Below are positions 7,868 to 17,011 of a stretch of 64,000 nucleotides of DNA, one piece after another. The position numbers were made by a program, and so were the translations under genes. Below the pieces are notes generated by a model. It searched no databases and had not been told where the DNA came from. It worked only from the letters and a program-made list of their open reading frames with translations. The stretch's first letter is position 1. Every line of letters begins with the position of its first letter. Source of the stretch: Methyloceanibacter sp. (GTDB lineage Bacteria; Pseudomonadota; Alphaproteobacteria; Rhizobiales; Methyloligellaceae); assembly GCA_050728375.1 (NCBI GenBank), contig JBOHJE010000185.1, positions 3,347 through 67,346 of the forward strand, given 5' to 3'.

Positions 7868-8516
7868 ATGCCGACCCTGCTTCACATCGACGCGAGCGCC
7901 CGCGAAAACTCTCATACCCGGCGCTTGGGGCGCCTCTTCATTGAGCGGTGGAAAGCCCTGCGGCCCGAGGACCTGATCGTGGCGCGGCACGTCGGTCAGG
8001 CTCCGCCGTCACCGGTCACCAAATCCTGGATCGCGTCCGCTTTCACCAAGCCCGAGAGGCGCACGCCGGGCATGCGCATGGCTCTGGCCGAGAGCGACGC
8101 CCTGATCGAGGAGTTGGAGCGCGCCGAGGTCATCGTGGCCGACGTGCCCATGTATAATTTCGGCATTCCTTCTGCCATGAAGGCATATATCGACAACATC
8201 GTACGGGTCGGCCGCACGTTCGGCTTCGATCGGTCGAAGCCCGGTGATCCCTACTGGCCGATGTTGAGCGGCAAGCGGCTGGTGATCTTGAGCGCCCGAG
8301 GCGACTACGGCTACGCAGCCGGCGAGCGCATGGGGCATCTCAACTACGTCGATCGGCTTCATAGGCTTGGCGGAAACGCATTCGATTCCGGTGGAATACG
8401 ATGAGTTTGCGGACGATCGGCTTAACCGCTCTCTGGCCGGGGCTCAGGCTGCGGTCGAGCGGCTGGTGCGCGAATTAGCCGGCGCACTCGGCAGCGAGGC
8501 GACACGCGCCGCTTAA
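7868..8516 (+). pseudogene. azoR: FMN-dependent NADH-azoreductase (AzoR/AcpD family) with frameshift near 8340-8355
   Basis: MPTLLHIDASARENSHTR...VIVADVPMYNFGIPSAMKAYIDNIVRVGRTF is typical AzoR. The ORF ends prematurely at 8404. The conserved C-terminus SIGFIGLAETHSIPVEYDEFADDRL...stop(8516) continues in another frame. Confidence 0.65.
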
Positions 8517-8787
8517 CTTTTCGGTTCTTGCGCATAGCGGAGTTGTCGTCCCGGGTGATGCCGCGAATCATGACTTGTCGCGCGAGGGCCCGGACGGCCG
8601 GTAACGGCCCGCCCCCAGGCTTTGATGCGCCTAGGCCCCGGATAGAAGGGGTGGCTTGATGCCCCTAAAACGCGCATAATTGGGCTAGGGTAAACCGCCA
8701 AATTTCGACCGGCTTTTCAGATTAGGCGTATGAGGCAGAGAGAGTCCTCGTGACCTCACGACCTGGACTGTCCGGGGGGAGCAGACT

Positions 8788-10566
8788 ATGAGGGCAATCG
8801 CATTAGGGCTGGTTCTGGCGGCAACCTTCGGTCTTCCAGGACATGCGGCCGAGCCTGATGGACCCGCCGAGCTGATCGGCCGGATCGAAGCGGTCAGGAT
8901 CGCCATTCAGGGCCGGATCGAGTCGAAATCCGGTTCGGACACGGCGGCGCAGGTTGCGCTCGCGGAATATTATTCGGTGCCCGATCGGCAGCCTCTCTGG
9001 GTCGACGAGAATGGCCTCACCGCGCGCGGCAAGGCCGTCATGGCCGAGATCGCCAAGGCCGATGAGTACGGGCTGCGCACCGCCGACTATACCCTCCCGA
9101 GTTCGGACGGCTTCGACGGCACCGGCTCCGGCGCCACCGACTGGCTCGCCGACGCCGAGGTCCAGATCAGCCGCGCGACACTCGGTTACGCCAAGGACGC
9201 GCGCGGCGGCCGGCTCAATCCGCAGCACTTGAGCAAGAATCTTGATCCGGTCCTCGCCTCGCCGAATCCCTCGGAGGTCCTGGGCTCCATCTCCTTCCGC
9301 GCGGACCCCGCCGCCTATCTGCGCAGCTTCCAGCCCGATCATCCGCAATTCGAGGCGCTCAGGCAGGCGCTGCTCGAGGCGCGGGGCGGCAAGGTCAAAG
9401 AGACCCCCAAGCCCGACGTCGTCGTGATCCCCGAAGGGCCGGCGCTCAAGTTCGGCGTCGAGGATCCGCAAGTCGCGCTCCTCAGGAAGCGTCTCGACGT
9501 TGCGGTCCAGTCCGGCGCCAATGAAAACCTGTTCGACAAGGACGTGCTCGAGGCCGTGAAGCGCTTCCAGCTCGCGCAAGGCGGTCGCGCCGACGGTGTG
9601 GTCGGTCCCGGCACGCGCCGCATGCTGAACGGTCAGGCGGCGCCCCAACAGATCGGAGGCCAGGCGAAGATCAACAGCCTCCTGGTTAACATGGAGCGTT
9701 GGCGCTGGCTCCCCCGCGACCTCGGCCCGTTTTACGTGACGGTCAACATTCCTGAGTTCATGCTGCGCGTGGTCGAGGACAGAAAGCCGATCCACGAGAC
9801 GCGCGTCGTCACGGGCAAGCCCGACAAGCAAACGCCGGTGTTCTCCGACGAGATGGAGGAGATCGTCTTCAATCCTTATTGGAACGTGCCGAACTCCATC
9901 AAGACGGAGGAGATCGCGCCCTATCTCAGGGCCGGCGGCGGCTTCTTCGGCGGCGGGTGGGACACCTCCGTGCTCCGGCGTCACAATCTGCGCATCCGCG
10001 GCTATAACGGGCGCGACATCGATCCCGACATGGTCGATTGGGGTAGGACCGATATCCGCCGGTATGAGCTCTACCAGCCGCCAGGGCCCGGCAACGTGCT
10101 CGGGACCATGAAGTTCGTGTTCCCCAACAAGCACGACGTCTACATGCACGACACGACGCAGAAATATCTGTTTGCCCAGAACGTTCGGGCCGAGAGCCAT
10201 GGCTGCATGCGCGTGCAGCATCCCGACCAGGTGGCGAGCATCCTGCTCAAGCACGACCAGGGCTGGTCTCTGGCGCGGGTCGCCTCGGCCATTCAGGGCC
10301 GTGACGACAACCACATCGCGCTGAACCAGCGCATCCCCGTCTACATCACCTATTTCACGGCCAAGGTGAACGACGACGGCTCGGTTTCGACATACAGGGA
10401 TTTGTACGGCCATGACGCTCGGATGATCGCGGCGCTCAACGGAAACGCCCTGCCCTATGATTTGCCGGGCGAGGTCGTCGCGCAAAGCACACCGCGGCCG
10501 TCCTTCAGGCGCGGGCGGCAGAACGACGCGTTGAACGATTTCACCCGCGCTATTTTCGGCTTCTAG
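8788..10566 (+). CDS. YcbB/LdtD-like L,D-transpeptidase with peptidoglycan-binding domain
   Basis: 592 aa with a signal peptide. PG-binding repeat: LEAVKRFQLAQGGRADGVVGPGTRRML. YkuD catalytic region: ...VYMHDT...RAESHGCMRV. Confidence 0.9.
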   Translation: MRAIALGLVLAATFGLPGHAAEPDGPAELIGRIEAVRIAIQGRIESKSGSDTAAQVALAEYYSVPDRQPLWVDENGLTARGKAVMAEIAKADEYGLRTADYTLPSSDGFDGTGSGATDWLADAEVQISRATLGYAKDARGGRLNPQHLSKNLDPVLASPNPSEVLGSISFRADPAAYLRSFQPDHPQFEALRQALLEARGGKVKETPKPDVVVIPEGPALKFGVEDPQVALLRKRLDVAVQSGANENLFDKDVLEAVKRFQLAQGGRADGVVGPGTRRMLNGQAAPQQIGGQAKINSLLVNMERWRWLPRDLGPFYVTVNIPEFMLRVVEDRKPIHETRVVTGKPDKQTPVFSDEMEEIVFNPYWNVPNSIKTEEIAPYLRAGGGFFGGGWDTSVLRRHNLRIRGYNGRDIDPDMVDWGRTDIRRYELYQPPGPGNVLGTMKFVFPNKHDVYMHDTTQKYLFAQNVRAESHGCMRVQHPDQVASILLKHDQGWSLARVASAIQGRDDNHIALNQRIPVYITYFTAKVNDDGSVSTYRDLYGHDARMIAALNGNALPYDLPGEVVAQSTPRPSFRRGRQNDALNDFTRAIFGF

Positions 10567-10616
10567 CGCGGGGACAGCCTCCAATAACTGATACGCGGTC
10601 AGGCAATGTCTGACCA

Positions 10617-10862
10617 CATCCCCGCGCCGCTCCGCTCTGGGAATGACGCGTTTGTGGCGGCGTTATCCCTGCCTTATGCCCGGCCCTCAAAGCTCCCTTA
10701 TCACCCGCTTACCTCGTCCGTTGAGGGGCGCTTCGCCAGGCGTCGTGACGGCGGGACGAGGTGCGAGTACCCTGCGGGTTGGTCTTCGCAAGACCTTCAC
10801 CCGGGCGGCGCCGGGGCTCCGCCCGGGTCCACTACGAGGGCCTGCCAGGAGAGTGGCTGACG
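10617..10862 (+). repeat. structured intergenic repeat, copy B (partner at 3071..3258)
   Basis: Same conserved blocks as copy A, plus extra internal segments. The hairpin ggtctt-cgc-aagacc (10781-10795) replaces the cggctt/aagccg hairpin of copy A. The cccgggcgg-N10-ccgcccggg stem lies at 10800-10827. Confidence 0.8.
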
Positions 10863-11158
10863 ACCGTAAGGCCTATCTCAAACGGTGTGTGACGGACCAG
10901 GAGTGAAGAGACGTAATGAGTCTTCAACCCCCCGCCTATCCCTCCCCCGCAAGGGGGACACCGGAACACTCATCTACGCCATAACGGCGCCGCGAGCGGA
11001 GAGGCCAATGGACTGGATTGCCGGGCCTTCGCTCGCCGAAGGGCATCAAGGCACCGAAGCGGACTCGACGCTTCCGCCCGCAGGCGGGTCAAGTCCGGCA
11101 ATGAGGGGAAGTAGGATAATGAAGGAGAATGATGCAGCCGAACACGTCCGGCCGGCCG

Positions 11159-11941
11159 CTACTTCAGCAAGACCCAAACCGGCGCGTGATCGCTTGCGCC
11201 TTCGAACCCGCGCACGTCGCGGTCGACGCCCGCCGCGACAAGGCGTGGCGCGAGCACCGGGCTCAACAGGATGTGGTCGAGGCGAAGCCCAGCATCGCGC
11301 GGCCAGCGGTTCCGCTTGTAGTCCCAGAAGCTATAGATGCGCTCTTCGGGGTGCAGCGCGCGCAGCCCGTCGGTCCAGCCCTGCTTGACAAGACACTTAT
11401 AGGTGGCACGGCTCTCCGGCCGAATCAGGGCGTCGTCGTCCCACGACTTGGTCGGATAGATGTCGATCTCGGTCGGTGCGACATTGTAGTCGCCGGCGAG
11501 GACGACCGGGACCTCCTCGCGCAGCAGCTTCCGCGCATGCGCCGACAGCCGCTTGAACCAGGCGAGCTTGTAGTCGAAGCGCGGCCCGGGCTGCGGATTG
11601 CCGTTCGGCAGGTAGAGACAGCCGACCAGCATGCCGTCGATGGCGGCTTCGATATAGCGGCTCTGGCTGTCGGCGGGATCGCCGGGAAGGTCGGTACGCG
11701 TCACGACCGGCTCGCCGCGGCGGGAGAGGATGGCGACGCCGTTCCAGGTCTTTTGCCCGCGCCACACGGCATGATAGCCGGCGCGCGTGACGGCCTCGGC
11801 CGGGAAATCGGCGTCGGCCGCCTTCAGCTCCTGAAGGCAGACGATGTCGGGCTTCGCCGTCTTCAGCCAGCCCAGGAGATTTGGCAGCCGGCGGTTGATG
11901 TTGTTAATGTTGAAGGTGGCGATCCTCGTCCGCGCGGGCAC
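11159..11941 (-). CDS. xthA: exodeoxyribonuclease III
   Basis: 260 aa. IATFNINNINRRLPNLLGWL...PDIVCLQELK...WDYKRNRWPRDAGLRLDHILLS...SDHAPVWV. Confidence 0.93.
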   Translation of the reverse strand: MPARTRIATFNINNINRRLPNLLGWLKTAKPDIVCLQELKAADADFPAEAVTRAGYHAVWRGQKTWNGVAILSRRGEPVVTRTDLPGDPADSQSRYIEAAIDGMLVGCLYLPNGNPQPGPRFDYKLAWFKRLSAHARKLLREEVPVVLAGDYNVAPTEIDIYPTKSWDDDALIRPESRATYKCLVKQGWTDGLRALHPEERIYSFWDYKRNRWPRDAGLRLDHILLSPVLAPRLVAAGVDRDVRGFEGASDHAPVWVLLK

Positions 11942-11945
11942 TAGC

Positions 11946-13187
11946 TCAGCCCGTCCGCTTCTTCGCCTGAATGTCCGTCTCCCAGCCGAACACCGAGCGG
12001 CCGGCGTAAGCGGGGGAGGCGGCGCGCTCGTTCGCGATGTGGGCTTCGAGCGACGGGCCGGAGGAGGCGGCTTCGAGCCGGCGTGCCTGGGCGTCCAGCC
12101 GTTTCAGCGCCTGCATGGTCTCGTCGCGGCCGAGCTTCGCATTCTCGACGGCGGATTTGAGCACGCGGATGGTCTCGTCATAGACCTTGATGAGTACGGG
12201 ATAGGGGTGGCGGTCCTTGCCGCCATGCGCGAGCGAGAAGCGGGCCGGATCGGCGAAGCGGTACGGCGCTCCGTGCACCACCTCAGCCACCATAGCGAGG
12301 GACTTGACAGTCCGCGCGCCGACGCCCGGCGTCAGCAGCAGATCCGGAAAGTCGGCGGGGCCGCGCTCGGCCGCCGCGGCGAGCGTGCCGTGCAGCCGGC
12401 GCGTGAACACATCGCTCGCGCGCACGTCGTGATGCGCCGGCATGACGAGATGGGGGAGCGTGGCCTGCGGCGAAGGCTTCGCCGTCAGCGCGGCATGTTC
12501 CGCCACAATGCGGTCTGGTCCGAGCGACGCAAGCAGCTCGAACTGCGCGTTACGCGATAGATCGGCCCGACGGTCGGTCAGGTTGACGATCTCGCCCTGG
12601 CGCGGCCCGTCGATTGCGGCGTGCGGCTCGTCGACGAAGCTTGTGAGCCCCTCGGAGATCCAGTGGTAGCGGCGGGCCTGGCGCTTGTCGCCGTTCATGC
12701 CTTGCTGCACGACAGTCCATTGCCCGTCGTCGGTGACAATGAAGCCATGCAGATAGAGATCGAAGCCGTCTTGCACGGCGGCGCTATCGACCTTGGCGAC
12801 GAGACGGCTCGCGCGCGTCAATGCTTCGCCGTCGAAGCCGATTCGCTCGCCGAGCGCGGTCAGCTCGTCGGGGGTTCGACGCGAGTGTTTGCCACGGCCG
12901 CCGCAAACATGGATGCCGAGTTCGCCGGCAAGGGGAGCGAGGCCGCGCTTCAGCGCGCCGATGACGCTCGTCGTAATGCCCGAGGAATGCCAGTCCATCC
13001 CCATGACAGCGCCAAAGGACTGGAACCAGAAGGGATGGGCGAGCCTGCGCAGGAACTCCTCGCGACCGTAATGGTGCACGATCGCCCGGCAGATAACGGC
13101 GCCGAGCGCCGCCATGCGCCTCGCGAGCCAGGGCGGAACCCTGCCGCCATGCAGGGGCAAATCGGCGCTGCCGGTTCGGCTGACCAT
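11946..13187 (-). CDS. DUF763 domain-containing protein
   Basis: ADLPLHGGRVPPWLARRMAALG...FWFQSFGAVMGMDWHSSGITTSVIGALK is the DUF763 signature N-terminus. I prefer the ATG at 13187 (GGAG 5 nt upstream) over the ORF-track start at 13328. Confidence 0.85.
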   Translation of the reverse strand: MVSRTGSADLPLHGGRVPPWLARRMAALGAVICRAIVHHYGREEFLRRLAHPFWFQSFGAVMGMDWHSSGITTSVIGALKRGLAPLAGELGIHVCGGRGKHSRRTPDELTALGERIGFDGEALTRASRLVAKVDSAAVQDGFDLYLHGFIVTDDGQWTVVQQGMNGDKRQARRYHWISEGLTSFVDEPHAAIDGPRQGEIVNLTDRRADLSRNAQFELLASLGPDRIVAEHAALTAKPSPQATLPHLVMPAHHDVRASDVFTRRLHGTLAAAAERGPADFPDLLLTPGVGARTVKSLAMVAEVVHGAPYRFADPARFSLAHGGKDRHPYPVLIKVYDETIRVLKSAVENAKLGRDETMQALKRLDAQARRLEAASSGPSLEAHIANERAASPAYAGRSVFGWETDIQAKKRTG

Positions 13188-13345
13188 GTCTTCTCCGCGC
13201 GGTCCAAACGACTCTCGTCGACTATAACCCGAGCCCAGCGGCGCAACGAGTTTTCGCGAATTGGCACCGGTGTGGCCGGCCGGATACAGAGTTCGGCTCG
13301 CGCTCGTCGCATACTCGAGTTTCGCCACCTGGGGGAGGCGGTCCC

Positions 13346-13815
13346 ATGCGGAAATTTGGTCTGGGTGCAGCCGCGCTGCTGGGGCTCGTCGCTCCGGCGC
13401 TGTCGGCCGACCTCGGTGACTCCAGCTACGGCGCGCCGCCGGCGACTGCGTCGGGCTGGAGTTGGACGGGCTGCTACGCGGGAGGCAGTGCGGGCGGTCT
13501 GTGGGCCAAAAGCGACAAGTGGATCGTGCGCACTCCGGGCGGCGCCTTCGAGGGCAAGTCGCTCGGCGGGCACGACCTAGACAGCTGGATCGGCGGCATG
13601 CAGGCCGGTTGCGACTATCAGTTCCCGAATGGCTTCGTGTTTGGCGTCCAAGGCGACTACGGTTGGACGGACGCGAAGGGCAGCCACGCCAGTGCGCGCG
13701 AGACCGGCGTTTTTATCACAGCGAGATCGAGTCTCTCGCCTCGGCGACGGCGCGGATCGGCTACGCGTGGGACCGGTTGCTCGCCTATGTCAAAGTCGGC
13801 GGCGCCTGGCAGCGC
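13346..13815 (+). pseudogene. Omp25/Omp31-type outer-membrane beta-barrel protein, frameshifted and 3'-truncated
   Basis: Signal peptide MRKFGLGAAALLGLVAPALSA, then WTGCYAGGSAGGLW...GGMQAGCDYQFPNGFVFGVQGDYGWTDAKGS. After a T-run at ~13711 the frame shifts to FYHSEIESLASATARIGYAWDRLLAYVKVGGAW. Homology ends at ~13815, where the antisense of the next gene begins. Confidence 0.7.
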
Positions 13816-14114
13816 GAACCGGCCATCCGTGGTCGGGTGCACATCGAGCTCGACGATGTCGGCGCCGGAGTCGAAAGCCGCCTGCATCGAGCGGCTGGTA
13901 TAATCGTGGGCTGGACGATCGATCCGGTTTACCGTGCAGGTGGCATTGTCGAGCCGGTCGCGGCGATAGGTCTGGTGGATACCGCGATGAGCGATGAGCT
14001 TGACCTGCGGATCCTTTGGTGGCGCCGCGCGCCAGGGCGCATTGGCGCATTCAAGACATAGACGGCGCAAGCGACGACGAGAGCCACAAGCCAGTTTATT
14101 CGCGATTTCCGCAT
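13814..14114 (-). pseudogene. glycerophosphodiester phosphodiesterase family protein, 5' fragment with 8-bp duplication
   Basis: MRKSRINWLVALVVACAVYVLNAP (ORF 13929..14114) then, in another frame, WRAAPPKDPQVKLIAHRGIHQTYRRDRLDNATCT...MQAAFDSGADIVELDVHPTTDGRFA (ORF 13657..14070). The frames are offset by the tandem ggcgcatt/ggcgcatt at 14036-14051. Everything after DGRFA is missing. Confidence 0.7.
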
Positions 14115-14224
14115 TCGGGCAGGCTTGTATCGACCCGGCGCAAATAGGGGCGGGCTAGCGGTTGTTGTTGACGTGAGAGCTAGTCCGGAGTTCTGCTCTA
14201 GGTCTAGGTCAAAGGGGGGTGACT

Positions 14225-14581
14225 ATGGATTTCCAACAATTCTATTTGTCGGCTCAGGGCCGGGTGAACCGCAAGCAGTGGTGGCTGTGGCTCTTTCTTC
14301 CAGTACTCGTGGTCAGCCTGATCCTGTCCTTGATCGACGCGGGCATGGACACGTTCAACGCGGAAGCGGGACTCGGGCTCCTCAGCGGAATTTGGGCTCT
14401 GATCGTACTGATTCCCTCCATTCTCGTGCACATCAAGCGCTTCCACGACAGGGACAAGTCCGGCTGGTGGGTGCTGATAGCTCTCATCCCCATCATTGGG
14501 GCGATTTGGCTGATTATCGAGCTCGGCTTCCTTGCCGGGACTCCGGAATCAAACCGCTACGGTCCGCCCGTTACTGATTGA
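14225..14581 (+). CDS. DUF805 inner-membrane protein
   Basis: GRVNRKQWWLWLFL...IKRFHDRDKSGWWVLIALIPIIGAIWLIIELGFLAGTPESNRYGP is the DUF805 signature. The ATG lies just after AAAGGGGGG. Confidence 0.9.
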   Translation: MDFQQFYLSAQGRVNRKQWWLWLFLPVLVVSLILSLIDAGMDTFNAEAGLGLLSGIWALIVLIPSILVHIKRFHDRDKSGWWVLIALIPIIGAIWLIIELGFLAGTPESNRYGPPVTD

Positions 14582-14611
14582 TCGCAGCGGCAGCAGGCTG
14601 AGGCCGAAAAC

Positions 14612-15184
14612 ATGGCGCTGCTCATCGTCGGCATCGTGGTTTTTCTTGGCATTCACCTGCTGCCGACCTTCCCGCATCTGCGCGGCGCGCTGATCGGCCG
14701 GTTCGGCGAGAACGGTTACAGGATTCTGTTTTCCGTTCTCTCGGTGGCCGGCTTCGTGCTGCTGGTGTGGGGATTCTTCCGCGCGCCCGTCATCCAGGTC
14801 TGGTCGCCGCCGGCATGGACGCGCTGGGTGGCGATCGTGCTCATGCTGCCGGCGTTCATCTTCCTGGTCGCCGCGTATGTGCCGGGCCGCATCAAGGCCA
14901 GGCTGAAACACCCCTTCCTGGTCGCCATCAAGACCTGGGCGCTGGCCCATCTCATCGCCAACGGCGATCTCGCCTCAATCGTCCTGTTCTCCTCTTTCCT
15001 GGCTTACGCAATCTATGACCGCATCGCGGTCAAGGGCAGGGCCGAGACCGGGATCGTCACAACGCCTAGAACAGGACCGGCCAGGAACGATATCATCGCC
15101 GTGGTTGTCGGAGCGGCCCTCTATCTCGTCTTCCTCATCTGGCTGCATCCGCTGCTGATGGGCAGGGCGGTGGTGCCGCATTAA
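14612..15184 (+). CDS. NnrU-family membrane protein
   Basis: 190 aa. MALLIVGIVVFLGIHLLP...FGENGYRILFSVLSVAGFVLLVWG...LKHPFLVAIKTWALAHLIANGD. Confidence 0.85.
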   Translation: MALLIVGIVVFLGIHLLPTFPHLRGALIGRFGENGYRILFSVLSVAGFVLLVWGFFRAPVIQVWSPPAWTRWVAIVLMLPAFIFLVAAYVPGRIKARLKHPFLVAIKTWALAHLIANGDLASIVLFSSFLAYAIYDRIAVKGRAETGIVTTPRTGPARNDIIAVVVGAALYLVFLIWLHPLLMGRAVVPH

Positions 15185-15191
15185 GGGAACC

Positions 15192-15225
15192 AAACGCTGC
15201 GCCGCGTTTTTTGCACTGCAAAAAC
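15192..15225 (+). terminator. putative intrinsic terminator / palindrome after the NnrU gene
   Basis: aaacgc-tgcgcc-gcgttt followed by a T-run (15192-15212). It overlaps the palindrome ttttgca-c-tgcaaaa (15207-15225). Confidence 0.4.
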
Positions 15226-15283
15226 TCCTATATTCTGTCATAAGACCCGAGACCCGAACTATCGCTTGCTGAGGCCTAGGCCC

Positions 15284-16147
15284 GTGTCCTCTCAAGGAAA
15301 TACCGCAAGACGCATTACCGCGCCGGACATCGCCAGCCGTAAGGGCGGACCGCCCATCGTCGCGCTCACGGCCTATCATGCCCATACGGCCCGGATCATT
15401 GATCCCTATGTAGACTTCCTGCTGGTCGGCGACTCACTCGGCATGGTGATGCACGGCTACGAGACGACCGTGCCGGTGCCGCTTGAGCTCATGATCATGC
15501 ATGCGCAAGCCGTGGTGCGCGGCTCGTCGAGGGCGCTGGTCGTGGTCGACATGCCGTTCGGCTCCTATGAGGAAAGCCCGTCCATTGCCTTTCGCAATGC
15601 TTCGCGTGTGCTGAAGGAGACAGGCTGCGGCGCCGTCAAGCTCGAAGGCGGCGGGCACATGGCCGAGACCATCCGCTATCTCACCGACCGTGGCATTCCG
15701 GTGATGAGCCATATCGGCCTCACGCCGCAGGCCATCAACACGATCGGCAGCTTCCAGCCGCGCGGCCGCTTCCGCTCGGAATGGGCCAAGTTCGAGGAGG
15801 ACGCCCGCGCCACCGCGGAGGCCGGCGCGTTCGCCGTCGTGCTGGAGGCGCTCGCGGAGCTGCTCGCCGCGCGCATCACCAAGCAGATTCCGATCCCGAC
15901 CATCGGCATCGGCGCGTCGGCCGAATGCGACGGTCAGATCCTGGTCCTCGAGGATATGCTCGGCCTGTCACCGCGCGTCCCGAAATTCGTCAAGGAATAT
16001 GCGCAGCTCGGCGCCGGCATCGAGACGGCCGTCAAGTCGTTCGCGACCGAGGTGCGAACCCGGGCCTTCCCGACAGCCGAGTATACCTATCCGATGTGCG
16101 ACGGGAGCGACGAAGTCACGAAAAAGACCAAAATGACAGGCAGTTAG
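15284..16147 (+). CDS. panB: 3-methyl-2-oxobutanoate hydroxymethyltransferase
   Basis: [54 protein letters not shown]...[11 protein letters not shown]...VKLEGG. The start is uncertain (GTG 15284 or TTG 15266). Confidence 0.9.
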   Translation: MSSQGNTARRITAPDIASRKGGPPIVALTAYHAHTARIIDPYVDFLLVGDSLGMVMHGYETTVPVPLELMIMHAQAVVRGSSRALVVVDMPFGSYEESPSIAFRNASRVLKETGCGAVKLEGGGHMAETIRYLTDRGIPVMSHIGLTPQAINTIGSFQPRGRFRSEWAKFEEDARATAEAGAFAVVLEALAELLAARITKQIPIPTIGIGASAECDGQILVLEDMLGLSPRVPKFVKEYAQLGAGIETAVKSFATEVRTRAFPTAEYTYPMCDGSDEVTKKTKMTGS

Positions 16148-16301
16148 CCTCTCGGGGCTATCTCGTTTGCCAACTTCGGCAAATGTTGTCGGGGCGCTTT
16201 GCCTTGCGCGAACAAGTGGCCTTCACTATACGGCGGGCAGAGGGGCTCGCGTTCATGCGGCCCTCTTCTGCCGAACCTTCGCGATAGTAGAGCCAACGCC
16301 C

Positions 16302-16988
16302 ATGACCGACCGTGATTCCTTTCTTCGCGAGGTGGACGAGGCGGTCCGTCGGGAGCAGTACCGGCGTCTATGGGACAAATACGGGCTCTATATCATCGCC
16401 CTCATTGGGCTCCTGATCGTGGGGGTCGCGGCCTACCGGGGCTGGTCCTATTGGAACGAGAAGAGGTCGCAGGAGGCAGGCGACGAGTTCACGCAGGCCT
16501 TGACGCTAACCGACGACGGTAAGACGGCGAAGGCTCGCGAAGCGTTCGAGAAGCTGTCGAAGGATGGGCCGGAAGGCTATCGCGTCCTCGCGCGTTTCCA
16601 GCTCGCGGCCGCCGATGCCAAGGTGGGCGAAACCGACGAGGCCATCGCCGCCTACGACGCGCTGTCGACCGATTCCGGCGTGGACCGGATTTTGCAGGAC
16701 CTGGCGGTTATTCAGGGCTCCATGCTCCGTCTCGATAAGGCCGATTTCGCGGAGATGGAGCGCCGGGTGAAAGGACTCGTTGACTCGAAGAGTGCCTGGC
16801 GGTTCTCTGCGCGTGAGCTGCTCGGCTTTTCGGCTTACCGACAGAAGAACATGAACGAGGCCGAGCGCCAATTCAGTGCGCTGCTGGGCGATCCAGCAAC
16901 GCCGCCGAATTTGCGGGAACGCGCCAATATGATGCTCGCGCTGATCGTGGGGGGTGACCCGCAGGCGCTCAGCACCACCGAGAAATAG
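16302..16988 (+). CDS. membrane-anchored TPR-like protein (YfgM-like, precedes bamB)
   Basis: MTDRDSFLREVDEAVRREQYRRLWDKYGLYIIALIGLLIVGVAAY (single TM helix) followed by a helical repeat region. Its position upstream of bamB-der is conserved. Confidence 0.7.
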   Translation: MTDRDSFLREVDEAVRREQYRRLWDKYGLYIIALIGLLIVGVAAYRGWSYWNEKRSQEAGDEFTQALTLTDDGKTAKAREAFEKLSKDGPEGYRVLARFQLAAADAKVGETDEAIAAYDALSTDSGVDRILQDLAVIQGSMLRLDKADFAEMERRVKGLVDSKSAWRFSARELLGFSAYRQKNMNEAERQFSALLGDPATPPNLRERANMMLALIVGGDPQALSTTEK

Positions 16989-17011
16989 CGCACAAGAGGG
17001 GTTGCGCGAGA

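Noticed and set aside
8803-10617. Very long ORFs antisense to recognised genes. Examples: 8803..10617(-), 11129..11944(+), 12621..13580(+), 21315..22778(+), 27927..29333(-), 29587..30885(-), 31010..32137(-), 34710..35777(-), 45070..46269(+), 57779..58795(-), 18101..18946(-).
   Set aside because: Their translations are Arg/Gly/Ala/Pro-rich low-complexity strings with no family resemblance. The opposite strand encodes clearly recognisable proteins (LdtD-like, XthA, DUF763, P450, Ppk, Ppx, CbpA, AspRS, NadA, PyrC, Der). Stop-poor shadow frames like these are expected in high-GC DNA.
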